From Vicinamibacteria bacterium (GTDB lineage: Bacteria > Acidobacteriota > Vicinamibacteria > Vicinamibacterales > JAENWD01): DNA of 64,000 nucleotides. Below are positions 30,749 through 41,575 of this stretch, piece by piece. The notes beneath the pieces are model-generated. The model made no database searches, had not been told where the DNA came from, and saw nothing but the letters and a program-made list of their open reading frames with translations. The stretch's first letter is position 1. The number at the start of each line of letters is the position of its first letter. Both the position numbers and the translations under genes were made by a program. The stretch spans positions 203,353-267,352 of the forward strand of contig CAVUCH010000017.1 in the NCBI GenBank assembly GCA_963739995.1, written 5' to 3'.

Positions 30749-31225
30749 TCAGTTCCGCTCGTAGAACGGCGGCGGCTCCTTCCCCAGCGCCCGGAGGTAC
30801 ACGTAACCCTGCCCGCGGTGGTGAATCTCGTTGTCGACGACGTACAGAATGAGCTCGTGGAGCACCCCGGTGTACTGGCCGAACGCCGTGAGTGTCTGGC
30901 TGAACCGCTCCGGTGGAATCCGCCCCCACAGAGTGTTCAGCTCCTCGGTGCTCTCATCCCACCGTCGCAGAATGTCCGCCTTCGGCTGCGCATCGCGCGC
31001 CTGAAAGATGGCCCAATCTCCCGAGGCAGCACCTCGCACCATCGGCACGGCCATCGAGAGCATCTCGAGGGCCAGCATGCCGAAGGGGCGCATCCCGCCA
31101 ACGGAGAACGTGAACAGCTGATCCTCGGGGAAGGCGTCGATGACGCGTCGCGTGAGCCGGCGATGTCCCTGCCAGTGCGACAGAAGGGCATCTGGAGTCA
31201 TAAACGGCATGGATTCGGTTGACAT
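30749..31225 (-). CDS. DinB-family protein
   Basis: The ATG at 31225 lies 4 nt after AGGAGG. Ending LILYVVDNEIHHRGQGYVYLRALG. Confidence 0.8.
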   Translation of the reverse strand: MSTESMPFMTPDALLSHWQGHRRLTRRVIDAFPEDQLFTFSVGGMRPFGMLALEMLSMAVPMVRGAASGDWAIFQARDAQPKADILRRWDESTEELNTLWGRIPPERFSQTLTAFGQYTGVLHELILYVVDNEIHHRGQGYVYLRALGKEPPPFYERN

Positions 31226-31321
31226 CTGACCTCCTGAAGCGGCCAGGTGCAAGAGACATCCCCACCCAGCTGCAGGCCCGTCACTTGCCGGACCGGGCCA
31301 CTCGCCTCAGCCGGCGGGCGA

Positions 31322-32920
31322 TCAGACGCCCTTCAGAATCCGCTGCGCGGCATCGATGCCGGAGAGCGCCGCACCTTCCATGAACCCCTGCCACTCGTAA
31401 AAGGAGTTGGTGTGCTCGCCGGCGAAATGCAGGTTCCCGACGGACGTTCCCTCGTGGCCCGCGATCGTCGTGAACTGGCCGGGCTGATAGCACGTATAGC
31501 TGCCGCGGCTCAGTGCGTTCGACGGCCAGTGTTCGAGGTGAACGGTGAAGTGCCCCGCCTCGGAGCGTCGCGCCGCCGCGAACGCCCCCGGGTACACGAG
31601 ATCCAGATCGGTGAGGAACAGGGCCGCCTCCTGTTGGAGCAGCGCCGGATCCAGCGACGCGCCACGAGCACCGCTCGAGTAGTCGGTGAGCACGCCACGG
31701 GAGGCCGTCGCGTTGACGGCGTTCGTCTCCCACGTGGTCTGGTGGTGCGCAAAATCGGAGTACGACGCCCCGGTGCCGCCGAGGTCGATCCAGGGGCGGG
31801 CGTCGAATCCGACCATCATCTTCGCGTTCGTGCCATAGCCGAGCGCCTCGATGGCGTGACGCTTAGGTTGTGGTAGAGCGAGAGATGCATCGAGATCGAC
31901 TTCACGCAGCACGCTGAACGGCAGCGACAGCACAACGGCCTCGTGGACCCGGATCGCGGTGCCCCCGGCCGTGTCGAACGTCAGCTCGATGCGTCCGTCG
32001 CTCGCGCGGCGCACGCGCACCAGGCGACGCCCGAAACGGATTTGCCCCGGTATCGATTCGGCGAGCCCCTGGACGACGCGGTCGTTCCCATCGGGAATGT
32101 GCCAGCGCTCGTCGCTGAACACGCCGAAGGGCGTGAATTTCGAGCGGCGGTCGGCATGGATGAAGAGGAGGAAGTTGAGCGCGCTCTGCTCGGAGGCCGC
32201 CAGGCCGTACTCCGCTTCGTACGCGGCAACGATGGCCCCGCGTACGACCGGCCCAGCGGCAACACCGCGCGCGTTCTGCCCATCGAGGTACTCGGCCAGG
32301 CTGACCGCGTCGAGCTGCGCATCCTCCGGCGTGAAGCTCACCGCCGTGGGTTCCCCGGAGAGGCGTCGCAGGTCCGTGCGCATGGCCTGGACAAACGCCC
32401 GGAACTGCTCCACCACAGCCGCCTCGGGATACCGCACGCCGCCGAACACGTAGAACACTTCGCCCGGCCGCTTGTTCACGTCCTCGCGTGGGAGTCCGAA
32501 CCGCTGCGCGTACCCGAGCATCGTCTTGTGCAGGTTGTCAATCAGCTCCCCACCCCGCTCGACGACCTGCCCGGGAAACGTCTGCCGAAGCGACCAGCAG
32601 CGCCCGCCCGCGCGCGCGGATGCCTCGTAGACCGGCGCGAGGACGCCCCGCTGTCGCAGCGTATCCGCACACGCGAGGCCGGCCAGCCCGCCGCCCACGA
32701 TGCCGACGTCCGGGCGACTCGCCGGGACTGCCCAGGATTGCGTGGGGAGGGCGGCGGCGATCGCGGCAGCCGCCGCGCCACGCGCCGATCCGGCCAGGAA
32801 CTGCCGGCGTCCGATGCGGCCGCGACCGGGCGGTGGGCTCGCTTCGGGGGAGCTACGGTCCAGAGCATCGGACTGCTGCAGAAGGCGGACGAGCGCATCG
32901 AAGTGTTGTGTGCGTGGCAT
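31322..32920 (-). CDS. FAD-dependent amine oxidase (flavin monoamine oxidase family) with Tat signal
   Basis: Tat motif GRIGRRQFLAGSARGAAAAAIAA. Dinucleotide-binding motif DVGIVGGGLAGLACA. C-terminal LHFAGEHT. Confidence 0.85.
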   Translation of the reverse strand: MPRTQHFDALVRLLQQSDALDRSSPEASPPPGRGRIGRRQFLAGSARGAAAAAIAAALPTQSWAVPASRPDVGIVGGGLAGLACADTLRQRGVLAPVYEASARAGGRCWSLRQTFPGQVVERGGELIDNLHKTMLGYAQRFGLPREDVNKRPGEVFYVFGGVRYPEAAVVEQFRAFVQAMRTDLRRLSGEPTAVSFTPEDAQLDAVSLAEYLDGQNARGVAAGPVVRGAIVAAYEAEYGLAASEQSALNFLLFIHADRRSKFTPFGVFSDERWHIPDGNDRVVQGLAESIPGQIRFGRRLVRVRRASDGRIELTFDTAGGTAIRVHEAVVLSLPFSVLREVDLDASLALPQPKRHAIEALGYGTNAKMMVGFDARPWIDLGGTGASYSDFAHHQTTWETNAVNATASRGVLTDYSSGARGASLDPALLQQEAALFLTDLDLVYPGAFAAARRSEAGHFTVHLEHWPSNALSRGSYTCYQPGQFTTIAGHEGTSVGNLHFAGEHTNSFYEWQGFMEGAALSGIDAAQRILKGV

Positions 32921-33126
32921 GATTGCGTGATCTCCGGCGAGATCTATCGGCTCCGGCGCAGGGTTCCATGCGCCCTCACTGGACGGAGCGGACGCGGGCC
33001 TGACCCGCCAGCGGCCAACAGACAACGCACACACCCCATGTCGGCTGGCACTGACGGGGCCAGCTCTGCTAAACTCCGCGTCTCACCTCGATCTCAGCCC
33101 ATCTCGTACGACGCCAGGGAGCGCGA

Positions 33127-34308
33127 ATGCCGAATACGATCCTCGTCGTTGACGACGAGCCGGACCTTGAACTGCTCATCACCCAGCGATTCCGCAAGCA
33201 GATTCGCGAGCGCAGCCTGGAGTTCCTCTTCGCGAGCAACGGCGAGGAAGCGCTTCGCGTCCTCGACCGCCAGGGCAGCATGGACGTGGTCCTCACAGAC
33301 ATCAACATGCCGGTGATGGACGGCCTCACGCTGCTCGGCAAGCTGAACGAACGGTTTCCGCTGCTCAAGTCCGTGATCGTCTCGGCCTACGGGGACATGG
33401 CCAATATTCGAACGGCGCTGAATCGCGGGGCATTCGATTTCATCACCAAGCCGATCGATTTCCAGGACCTCTCCCTGACACTCGACAAGAGCCTCCAGGA
33501 AGCGCTCGTGCGCAAGCAGGCCGCGCAGGATCGCGACGGGCTGATCGCGCTGCGGAAGGAGCTCGATGTCGCCCGGCGCATCCAGGAATCGATAGTTCCG
33601 CGGCGCTTCCCGCCCTTTCCGCACCGGAGCGATGTGGCCGTGCACGCGAGCATGGTGCCGGCCCGCTCGGTCGGCGGCGACTTCTACGACTATTTCTTCG
33701 TGGACGATCACCGGCTGGTCTTCACGATTGGCGACGTCACGGGGAAAGGCGTCCCTGCGGCACTCTACATGGCCGTCACCCGCACGCTCCTGCGCGCCAC
33801 GGCCTCGCGAGGCCTCAGGCCGCACGAGTGCCTGGCGGCCGCCAACGAGGCCCTCTTCGAGGATATCGACTCGGCGATGTTCGTGACCTGCTTCCATGCG
33901 GTGCTCGACACCCGCACGGGCGTGGTCGAGTTCTCGAACGCGGGGCACAATCCGCCGTACGTCCTTCGCGCGGACGGTCGGGTGGAGACGACGGAGGAGG
34001 CCGGCGGGTTCATGCTCGGGGCGTTCCCCGGGGTCGTGTACGACCACGCCACGCTGCACCTGCAGCCCTGCGACACGCTCGTGCTGTTCACGGATGGCGT
34101 GAGCGAAGCCGTCGGCCCGCTGGACGAGCTGTACGGAGATGACCGGCTCGTGGGCTGCCTCGAAGGGCTGTGCCGCGGACCGTGCGATGAGTTCGTCAGA
34201 GGCGTGCTCGCCGACGTGCAGACGTTCGCCGCCGGAACGCCGGCGGCCGACGACACGACGCTCCTGGCCATCAGCTGGACCCCCCAGGGCAGCGTGGCAA
34301 TCGCGTGA
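33127..34308 (+). CDS. Response regulator with PP2C/SpoIIE-type phosphatase output (RsbU-like)
   Basis: REC domain (ILVVDDEPD, VVLTDINMPVMDG, ITKP). PP2C motifs (SVGGDFYDYF, IGDVTGKGVPAAL, LFTDGVSEA). Confidence 0.9.
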   Translation: MPNTILVVDDEPDLELLITQRFRKQIRERSLEFLFASNGEEALRVLDRQGSMDVVLTDINMPVMDGLTLLGKLNERFPLLKSVIVSAYGDMANIRTALNRGAFDFITKPIDFQDLSLTLDKSLQEALVRKQAAQDRDGLIALRKELDVARRIQESIVPRRFPPFPHRSDVAVHASMVPARSVGGDFYDYFFVDDHRLVFTIGDVTGKGVPAALYMAVTRTLLRATASRGLRPHECLAAANEALFEDIDSAMFVTCFHAVLDTRTGVVEFSNAGHNPPYVLRADGRVETTEEAGGFMLGAFPGVVYDHATLHLQPCDTLVLFTDGVSEAVGPLDELYGDDRLVGCLEGLCRGPCDEFVRGVLADVQTFAAGTPAADDTTLLAISWTPQGSVAIA

Positions 34309-37300
34309 CCCGCAGGCGCTTGCGATTGGCCATCGTGGCGGCGGCTCTCTGCCTTGCCCCGCTGCACGCGCAGCGCGCCGCCTCGCCGCGGCCGGCCGCC
34401 GTCAAGACCGCCGCGGCGTCAGCGGCCGCCACGCGCTCGGAAGTCGGCCGGCCCTTCCTGACCTGCTTCGGCTCGCGTGAATACGGCGCGACCGCTCAGA
34501 ACTGGGTCTTCGCCGAGGACACGCGCGGGCTGATGTACGTCGGCAACAATATCGGGGCGCTCCAGTACGATGGCGCCTCGTGGCGGCTCATCGACACCGC
34601 ATCGAACAGCGTCGTCCGCTCGATCACCCGCGATAGCCATGGGCGCCTCTACGTCGGCAGCACCGGTGAAATCGGCTATCTCGCGCCCGATGCGCACGAG
34701 CAGCTGCGGTACGTGTCGCTGCTCCAGCACGTGAAACCCGAAGACCGCGCGTTCAACGACGTCTGGACGGTGCACGTCGCCGCTGAGGGCGTCTACTTCC
34801 AGTCGCGGGAGCTGCTGTTGCTCCTGACGCCTCCGGCCGACCCGGCATCGGACACCGGGTGGCGGGTGCGTACCTGGAAGCCGCGCGGGCTTTTTCTCTT
34901 CGCGTTCGCGGTGGGCGGCACGTACTACGTCCATGAGCAGAGCGTCGGGCTGCAACGGATGCTGGGCGATCGTCTGGTGCTCGTGCCGGGCAGCGAGCAG
35001 TTCGCGCAGGAGCGGGTGCAGGTGCTGCTGCCGCTCGATGACGGGCGCTCGCCGCAGCTGCTGCTCGGGACGTTCAATCGCGGTCTGTTCCGGTACGACG
35101 GCGAGACGTTCACGCCGTTCGTGACCGACGGGGACGCGTACCTGCGCGAGCGGACGCTGTACAAAGGCATCGTGCTCCCGGACGGAACCTTCGCCTTCTC
35201 GACGATCAGCGGCGGCCTCGTCGTCATGAGCCGGGAAGGGCACGCACTTCACTACATCAACCAGGCTACGGGCCTGCCGAACGACAACACGCTTGCGGTG
35301 TACGCCGATCGCACCGGGCTGGTGTGGCTCGCCTCCGAAGGGTCGGTGTGCCAGATCGAAACCCCCTCGCCGCTGTCGCGGTTCGACATCAACGTCGGGC
35401 TGGGAGGCGGCGTCGCCGATCTGGTCCGGCACAAGGGCGTGTTGTATGCCGCCACCAGCGTCGGGGTGTTCTATCTGGACACATCCTCGTCCACCTTCAA
35501 ACAGATCACCGGCTTTCGCGAGGGCAACTCGCAGGCGACCGGCCTGGCGTCGAACGGCGACGTGTTGATGGTCGGCTACGGGGCTGGCTTGCATCAGTTG
35601 GACGGCGCAGTCGCCCGCGTCGTGAAGCCCAACATCGGGGCCTCGTTCTCGTCCGGGGCCATCCGGTTCTCGCGGCAGGACCCCAGGCGCTTGTGGGTCG
35701 CGCTCGAGGATGGGCTCGCGTCGATGCGGCTCGGCGACGACGGCAAGTGGATCGACGAGGGACGCGTGCCCGGCATCCGCGAAACCATCGGCTACCTCGC
35801 CGAACCCGCGGTGAACGAGCTGTGGCTCGGCACGGGCGCCCAGGGTGCGATCCGGGTGCGATTCGAGCGTGGGCGCGAGCGGCCACGGATTGATCGCTTC
35901 GGTGCGGCACAAGGGCTGACCGGAAATACCGGGCTCGCCGTGTATGCGGTGAGCGGCCGCCCGGTGCTCGTGGCGAAACAGGGCGTGTTCCGGCTCGATG
36001 GCCGCGGCGAGCGCCTGTTGCCGGACACCACGTGGCAGGGGCTGTCCGTGGGAGGCACGCAGGATCAGTCCGCCATGGCGGAAGATCGCCAGGGCAACGT
36101 GTGGGGGAACTTCGGCCTCGAGACGGCGGTGTTCCGGCGCCAGACCGACGGCTCCTACCGCGTGGACAAGACGGCCCTGCTCCGCTTCTCCGACATGGCC
36201 GTGGCGAAAATCTACGTCGAGGACGACGGCGTGGTCTGGTTCGGCCGGGACGACGGGCTGATTCGGTTCGATCCGTCAATCCGTCAGAACTACACGCGTC
36301 ACTATTCCGCGCTCGTCCGTCGGGTCACGCTGGAAGACGGCCGTGTGCTCCACGGCGGCGCTCCCCCCGGCGACGGGTCCACAGCGATTCCGCGCCTCGC
36401 GGCGGCTGAGAACGCGTTGCGGTTCGAGTTCGCTTCGACCTGGCTCGCCAGCTCGCGCGAAACACACTACCAGACGATGCTCGAAGGGTTCGATCCGAAG
36501 TGGTCGGCGTGGAGCACGGAGTCGCGGCGCGACTATACGAACCTGCCCCCTGGTTCGTACCGCTTCCGTGTGCGGGCGCGGAACCTCTATCAGCACGAGA
36601 GCACTGAAGCAAATTACGCCCTCGTGATCGTCTCGCCCTGGTACGCCACCTGGTGGGCATACCTGGCGTACGCCCTGATCGCGCTGGCGGCAGTCCTGGG
36701 CGTGGTTGGCCTGCGTACGCAGAAGCTGCGGGCCGAGAGCCGGCGGCTCGAGCGCATCGTGACCGAACGGACGCAGGAGATCCGGGAGCGCGAGTCCGAG
36801 GTGCGCGCCCAGGCCGATGAACTGCGGCGTCTGGACGAAATCGTGAAAGCCATCAATCGCGAGGAGGGGCTCGGCAACGTCCTCCACGCACTGCTCGAGG
36901 AGGGCCTCAAGCTCGTGCCCCAGGCCGAGAAGGGCACGTTCCTGGTGCGCGACCTCAAGACGGATCAGTTCGTGTTTGCGACCCACGTGGGCTATGACGC
37001 CGGGCAGTTGAACGGCATCACCCTCAGTGAGGACGACATCACGCACCGATACGCGCACGGCACCGAGCGCGTGGACCGCGGCGTGTACATCGTTCGACCG
37101 GAGGCCGGCACCGAGACGAAGAGCCGTCTCGGCGCCCTGCCGGTACCGAAAGCGATGCTGGCGATGACCGTGGCGCTCCGCGGCCGGCTCGAGGGCCTGC
37201 TCGTCTTCGACAACCTGCACGACGAGAATGCGTTCGACCATTCCGACCTGCAGCGCGTGTCCCGGCTCCGCGAGCATGCAATCGGCGCCGTAGCCAAGGC

Positions 37301-38753
37301 TCGTGCGCTCGTCACCGTGCAGGAGAAGACGCTCGCATTACAGCAGCAGAAGGAGCAGGTCGAGCAGGCCTACGACAACGTGGAGTTGCTCAGCCGCATC
37401 GGGCGCGACATCACAGCACGGTTGTCGATCGAGGAGATCATCGCCACGGTCTACCAGAACGTGAACGCGCTGATGGACGCGGCGGTCTTCGGGATCGGCC
37501 TGTGCGACGAAGCCGGGGAACGGATCGAATTCCCGGCGACGCGAGAGAATGGCGAGCCGCTGCCGCCGTTCGGCTATGCGCTGACCGACGATTCGCGACT
37601 CGCCGTCGTGTGCTTTCAGCGGCGGGAGGAGATCGTCATCGAGGACATGGCCCGGGAGCACCAGCGGTATCTGCGGGAGCACAAGCCGCCGGTCGCCGGC
37701 AAGCCCGTCGCCTCGATCATCTACCTGCCGCTCGTGCACAAGGATCGTGCAATCGGCGTCATCACCGCCCAGAGTTTTCGGACGCATGCGTTCACCGACT
37801 ACCACCTGAACATCCTGCGAAATCTTGCCACCTACGCCACCATCGCGCTCGAGAACGCCGACGCGTACCGGCGCCTGAACGACACGCTCGAGCGGCTCCA
37901 GAGGATGCAGGAGCAGCTCGTGGTTCAGGAGAAGCTGGCGTCGCTCGGCGCCCTGACCGCCGGCATCGCGCACGAGATCAAGAACCCGCTCAACTTCGTC
38001 AACAACTTCGCCGAGTTGAGCATGGAGCTGGCCGGCGAGCTGCAGCAATCGCTCGAGGGCCAGCGCGATCGGCTGGACCCGGCGGTGTACGACGATGTGA
38101 CCGGGCTCGCGGCCGACCTCGTGCTCAATGCCCGAAAAATCAACGATCATGGCCGGCGGGCCGACAGCATCATCCGGGGGATGCTGCTGCACTCGCGCGG
38201 CCACTCGGGCGAGCGGCAGGAGACGGACATCAACGCGGTGCTCGAGGAGTACGTGAACCTGTCCTACCACGGCATCCGCGCGCAGGACTCGTCGTTCAAC
38301 GTCACCCTCGAGCGCAACTACGATCCCACGGTCGGCACCGTGCTCGTAGTGCCGCAAGACATCAGCCGCGTCTTCCTCAACATCGTGAACAACGCGTGTT
38401 ACGCGACGCACGAGCGGAAGCAGCAGGCCGACACGCGGGGTGAACCGGGCTACGCACCAACGCTGCAGGTCACCACGCGCAACCTGGGCGACATGGTGGA
38501 GGTGCGGATTCGGGACAACGGCAACGGAATCCCGCCTGAGATCCGCGATCGTATCTTCAACCCGTTCTTCACCACCAAGCCCACCGGCCTGGGCACCGGC
38601 CTCGGCCTGTCGATCAGCCACGACATCATCGTGCAGCAGCACCATGGACAGCTCGAGGTGAACAGCGAGCCCGGACGGTTCACGGAATTCATCGTGCGGC
38701 TGCCGCGCGCCACGAGCGGCGTCGCGCCCCACCACAAGACAGTGGCCACGTAA
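34305..38753 (+). CDS. Sensor histidine kinase: periplasmic two-component-regulator propeller + Y_Y_Y, TM helix, coiled coil, 2 GAF domains, HisKA + HATPase
   Basis: 1482 aa. The GTG start overlaps the upstream stop (GTGA). Y_Y_Y region ([24 protein letters not shown]). TM helix [22 protein letters not shown]-box [12 protein letters not shown]-box [10 protein letters not shown]-boxes DNGNGIP and [11 protein letters not shown]. Confidence 0.9.
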   Translation: MTRRRLRLAIVAAALCLAPLHAQRAASPRPAAVKTAAASAAATRSEVGRPFLTCFGSREYGATAQNWVFAEDTRGLMYVGNNIGALQYDGASWRLIDTASNSVVRSITRDSHGRLYVGSTGEIGYLAPDAHEQLRYVSLLQHVKPEDRAFNDVWTVHVAAEGVYFQSRELLLLLTPPADPASDTGWRVRTWKPRGLFLFAFAVGGTYYVHEQSVGLQRMLGDRLVLVPGSEQFAQERVQVLLPLDDGRSPQLLLGTFNRGLFRYDGETFTPFVTDGDAYLRERTLYKGIVLPDGTFAFSTISGGLVVMSREGHALHYINQATGLPNDNTLAVYADRTGLVWLASEGSVCQIETPSPLSRFDINVGLGGGVADLVRHKGVLYAATSVGVFYLDTSSSTFKQITGFREGNSQATGLASNGDVLMVGYGAGLHQLDGAVARVVKPNIGASFSSGAIRFSRQDPRRLWVALEDGLASMRLGDDGKWIDEGRVPGIRETIGYLAEPAVNELWLGTGAQGAIRVRFERGRERPRIDRFGAAQGLTGNTGLAVYAVSGRPVLVAKQGVFRLDGRGERLLPDTTWQGLSVGGTQDQSAMAEDRQGNVWGNFGLETAVFRRQTDGSYRVDKTALLRFSDMAVAKIYVEDDGVVWFGRDDGLIRFDPSIRQNYTRHYSALVRRVTLEDGRVLHGGAPPGDGSTAIPRLAAAENALRFEFASTWLASSRETHYQTMLEGFDPKWSAWSTESRRDYTNLPPGSYRFRVRARNLYQHESTEANYALVIVSPWYATWWAYLAYALIALAAVLGVVGLRTQKLRAESRRLERIVTERTQEIRERESEVRAQADELRRLDEIVKAINREEGLGNVLHALLEEGLKLVPQAEKGTFLVRDLKTDQFVFATHVGYDAGQLNGITLSEDDITHRYAHGTERVDRGVYIVRPEAGTETKSRLGALPVPKAMLAMTVALRGRLEGLLVFDNLHDENAFDHSDLQRVSRLREHAIGAVAKARALVTVQEKTLALQQQKEQVEQAYDNVELLSRIGRDITARLSIEEIIATVYQNVNALMDAAVFGIGLCDEAGERIEFPATRENGEPLPPFGYALTDDSRLAVVCFQRREEIVIEDMAREHQRYLREHKPPVAGKPVASIIYLPLVHKDRAIGVITAQSFRTHAFTDYHLNILRNLATYATIALENADAYRRLNDTLERLQRMQEQLVVQEKLASLGALTAGIAHEIKNPLNFVNNFAELSMELAGELQQSLEGQRDRLDPAVYDDVTGLAADLVLNARKINDHGRRADSIIRGMLLHSRGHSGERQETDINAVLEEYVNLSYHGIRAQDSSFNVTLERNYDPTVGTVLVVPQDISRVFLNIVNNACYATHERKQQADTRGEPGYAPTLQVTTRNLGDMVEVRIRDNGNGIPPEIRDRIFNPFFTTKPTGLGTGLGLSISHDIIVQQHHGQLEVNSEPGRFTEFIVRLPRATSGVAPHHKTVAT

Positions 38754-38770
38754 CCAGCGATGGAGGCGTG

Positions 38771-39157
38771 ATGAAAATCGTGGTCGTCGACGACGAGCGT
38801 GACGTGCAGGCCCTGTTCGAGCAGCGGTTCCGGCGTGAGATCCGGTTGGGCCTCCTCGAACTGCACTTTGCCTTCTCGGGCGAGGACGCTCTGACATTGC
38901 TCGAGCATCGCGGGATTGCCGACATTGTCCTCATCCTGTCGGACATCAACATGCCCGGCATGAACGGCCTCGAGCTGCTGAAAGCGATCAAGCTGCGCTA
39001 CCCGCTCCTCAAGGTCTACATGGTGACTGCCTACGGCGATGAAGCCACGCACCAGCGCGCGCTGGATTCCGGGTGCGACGACTACCTGACCAAGCCGATC
39101 GATTTCACCGTGCTGAAGCAGCATCTCGGCCTCATCGATGGGGTGGTGGGATCCTGA
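38771..39157 (+). CDS. Single-domain response regulator (CheY-like)
   Basis: [22 protein letters not shown] and LTKPIDF. GGAGG lies upstream. The ATG at 38771 is preferred over the GTG at 38768. Confidence 0.85.
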   Translation: MKIVVVDDERDVQALFEQRFRREIRLGLLELHFAFSGEDALTLLEHRGIADIVLILSDINMPGMNGLELLKAIKLRYPLLKVYMVTAYGDEATHQRALDSGCDDYLTKPIDFTVLKQHLGLIDGVVGS

Positions 39158-39223
39158 TGGCGGTCGCAGTCGACCACGATCAATACTGCCGGTTGTCACG
39201 CAAATTGCAGAGGTCGGCGCTTC

Positions 39224-39664
39224 ATGAGCCACTCCATCCTGATCATCGACGACGACGCCAGTACCCGAACGCTGCTGACCGGCACGCTGCAGACGGACGG
39301 ATACACCATCGTAACCGCCGAAAATGGTGCGGATGCGGTTCGCCGGCTGGTGGAGGCGAAGCCGTGCGTGATCCTGCTCGACTTCGAAATGCCGGTAATG
39401 GACGGCCACGATTTCCGCGAGGTGCAGAAGCGCGTGGCGCCGGACGTGCCGATCATCTGCCTGACCGGGGCTGCGGACGCGGATAGGACCGCGCGGCGTG
39501 TCGGCGCGTCCAGCGTGCATCAGAAGCCGCTGGACATGGATGAGCTGCGACGCGCAGTGGCAGAGCTCTGCCGTCTGCCGCACGCACACCGACACACGCC
39601 GGAAGTCGAGTCGTCGATTGGCCCCGCACGCGATGCCGGCTCGGGCGACGACAGCGGCAAATAG
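39224..39664 (+). CDS. Single-domain response regulator with short acidic tail
   Basis: [22 protein letters not shown] and HQKPLD. Confidence 0.85.
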   Translation: MSHSILIIDDDASTRTLLTGTLQTDGYTIVTAENGADAVRRLVEAKPCVILLDFEMPVMDGHDFREVQKRVAPDVPIICLTGAADADRTARRVGASSVHQKPLDMDELRRAVAELCRLPHAHRHTPEVESSIGPARDAGSGDDSGK

Positions 39665-39769
39665 AAGCAGCCCGCCGCGCGGTCCCGCTCCGATCCCTCT
39701 GCCGCGACATCCAGTTGTACGCCATCACCACAGGGAGGGCGATAACCTGTCCGACCGCCGTGAGTGCGC

Positions 39770-40369
39770 CTACCGCAGCACCGACGCGGGCAATTCGAAG
39801 GTGCCGCCCTCGTGCGCGTGCAGCCGCTCGATTTGCGCGCGGGCACGCTCCATCTCATGGAGCGAGAGTTTCCAGAGGTTGAACAGGGTGGACCCGGTGA
39901 GGTGGCTCGCGCCCATGCGAACGAGAAACGCGAGTGCGTCCGGCGTCATCGCAGCCGGACGGTCGGCGGGCCGCCTCTCGGGGGCGACATTCGTCATGAG
40001 GACGACGCGATCGGATTCCTCACCAACTTCCTGAAGCGTCTGGAACACCTGGGTGAGCTCCGGGGCCTTCTTCTGAATCGCCTCGGTGGTTGCAGATGGG
40101 ATGAGCAGCAGGCGGCGCTTGCCGTCGAGCCGCACGACGACGCCGGCGGGCGAGGTGTCCTGGACTTGCGCCTCGAACTTCAGCGCGGTGAACGCGTCCC
40201 GCGCCGCTTCACCGAGCGGCGGGCCGACGCCCCACAGCAGGCGTGCGAACCTGCCCATCTCCTGCAGGTCCGCCATCAGCCGCTGGATCTCGAGGAGCCG
40301 GGTCTGGTAGCCCGCGGGCATCTCCGCGACCACCCACTCAGGACCAGGATGCGCGACGATCTCAGCCAT
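39770..40369 (-). CDS. Hypothetical protein (200 aa), no confidently recognised family
   Basis: The ATG at 40369 follows GAAGGGA. Coding-like composition (MAEIVAHPGPEWVVAEMPAGYQTRLLEIQRLMADLQEMGRFARLLWG...). Confidence 0.6.
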   Translation of the reverse strand: MAEIVAHPGPEWVVAEMPAGYQTRLLEIQRLMADLQEMGRFARLLWGVGPPLGEAARDAFTALKFEAQVQDTSPAGVVVRLDGKRRLLLIPSATTEAIQKKAPELTQVFQTLQEVGEESDRVVLMTNVAPERRPADRPAAMTPDALAFLVRMGASHLTGSTLFNLWKLSLHEMERARAQIERLHAHEGGTFELPASVLR

Positions 40370-40798
40370 GTTTCCCTTCACCGTTGTTCCGAACCAGACC
40401 GTTCGATTCGACCGGCGATGCTCCAGGCGCATTGGGCTTCGGCAAACGTCATTGCCGAGCGGCCCCCGGACCGGTCCCATCCTGAATCGTCCGAACGCCA
40501 CGGCCGCCGCGAGCAGCGGCGTCGGTGGACGTGTCGCGCTAGCATACCTCCCGCCGGCGGCTGCAGACCGGCTTCGGTTTCCCGCGTCAGTTTGTCGGTG
40601 TACCAGGTGATCATGGAGACCGACCGCAACAGCGCGCGCGCCGTCCGCTGCATCGATCGCGTTATCCGCGAGGTGCGGGACGTCTTCGGGCTGGAGGCCG
40701 ATGCGGCGCGGACTGAACTGTGCCGGTCGGCGCACACAGCGATCCCGCGCCCGGGACTGAAGGCCCGGGGCGACAACCGAAGTCCCGGCTCTACATGC

Positions 40799-41569
40799 TC
40801 ATCTCCTCCTGAACACCGGGGGGCGCTTCTCCTTGAAAGCGGCGCGTCCTTCGGCGGCGTCGGCGGTGGCAAAGCAGATGGTCTGCAGGTCGCGCTCGTA
40901 TTCGATCGCCTGTTCCAGCGGCATGGTGAACGCAGCGCGGAGGTTGAGCTTGGCGGTCTCCGCCGCGATTGGCGCCCGTGACGCGATCGTGGCGGCAATG
41001 GAGCGGGCGCGCGTCAGCAGGTCGGCCGGGGGCACGACCTCGGTGATGAGTCCCCAGGCGAGCGCGCGCTCGGCGGAGATTGGATCGCCAGTCATGATCA
41101 TCAGGGCCGCATTCGACGGGCCGATCGAATGCGCGAGGAACGTCGCCATGCCGCCGCCGCCAATCCATCCGAGTTTAATCTCCGGCGCGGCGAACTGCGC
41201 GTTCGACGACGCGATCCGGATATCGCAGCTCATCGCCGTCTCCAGCCCGCCCCCGAAGGCATAGCCGTTCACCGCCGCAATCGCCGGCTTGAGAAGCCGC
41301 CGAATCGCGTCACAGTAGTCAGGCCGGTTGCGGAAGTTCCAGGCCGTGTCGTAGCGATCCAGCTCGCCGATGTCGGAGCCGGCACAGAACGACTTCTCCC
41401 CTGCTCCGGTCACGATGACGCAACGCACCTCGTCGTCGCGGTTGCACCGCCCGACGTGCGCGACGATCGCGTCGGCCATGTCAGGGGTGACCGCATTGAG
41501 CTTCTGCGGCCGGTTGAGGGTAATCGTGGCGATCTGATCGTCGATGCTGAAGAGAATGTCGTCGGGCAT
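40799..41569 (-). CDS. Enoyl-CoA hydratase/isomerase (crotonase) family protein
   Basis: ITLNRPQKLNAV, FCAGSDI and AAVNGYAFGGGLETAMSCDIRIA. Confidence 0.9.
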   Translation of the reverse strand: MPDDILFSIDDQIATITLNRPQKLNAVTPDMADAIVAHVGRCNRDDEVRCVIVTGAGEKSFCAGSDIGELDRYDTAWNFRNRPDYCDAIRRLLKPAIAAVNGYAFGGGLETAMSCDIRIASSNAQFAAPEIKLGWIGGGGMATFLAHSIGPSNAALMIMTGDPISAERALAWGLITEVVPPADLLTRARSIAATIASRAPIAAETAKLNLRAAFTMPLEQAIEYERDLQTICFATADAAEGRAAFKEKRPPVFRRR

Positions 41570-41575
41570 GCGGTC

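Noticed and set aside
33084-33100. Possible degenerate solo arm of the palindromic element (cacctcgatctcagccc)
   Set aside because: It matches the arm only as 6+11 nt with a 2-nt gap and has no partner arm. It cannot be distinguished from chance without genome-wide data.
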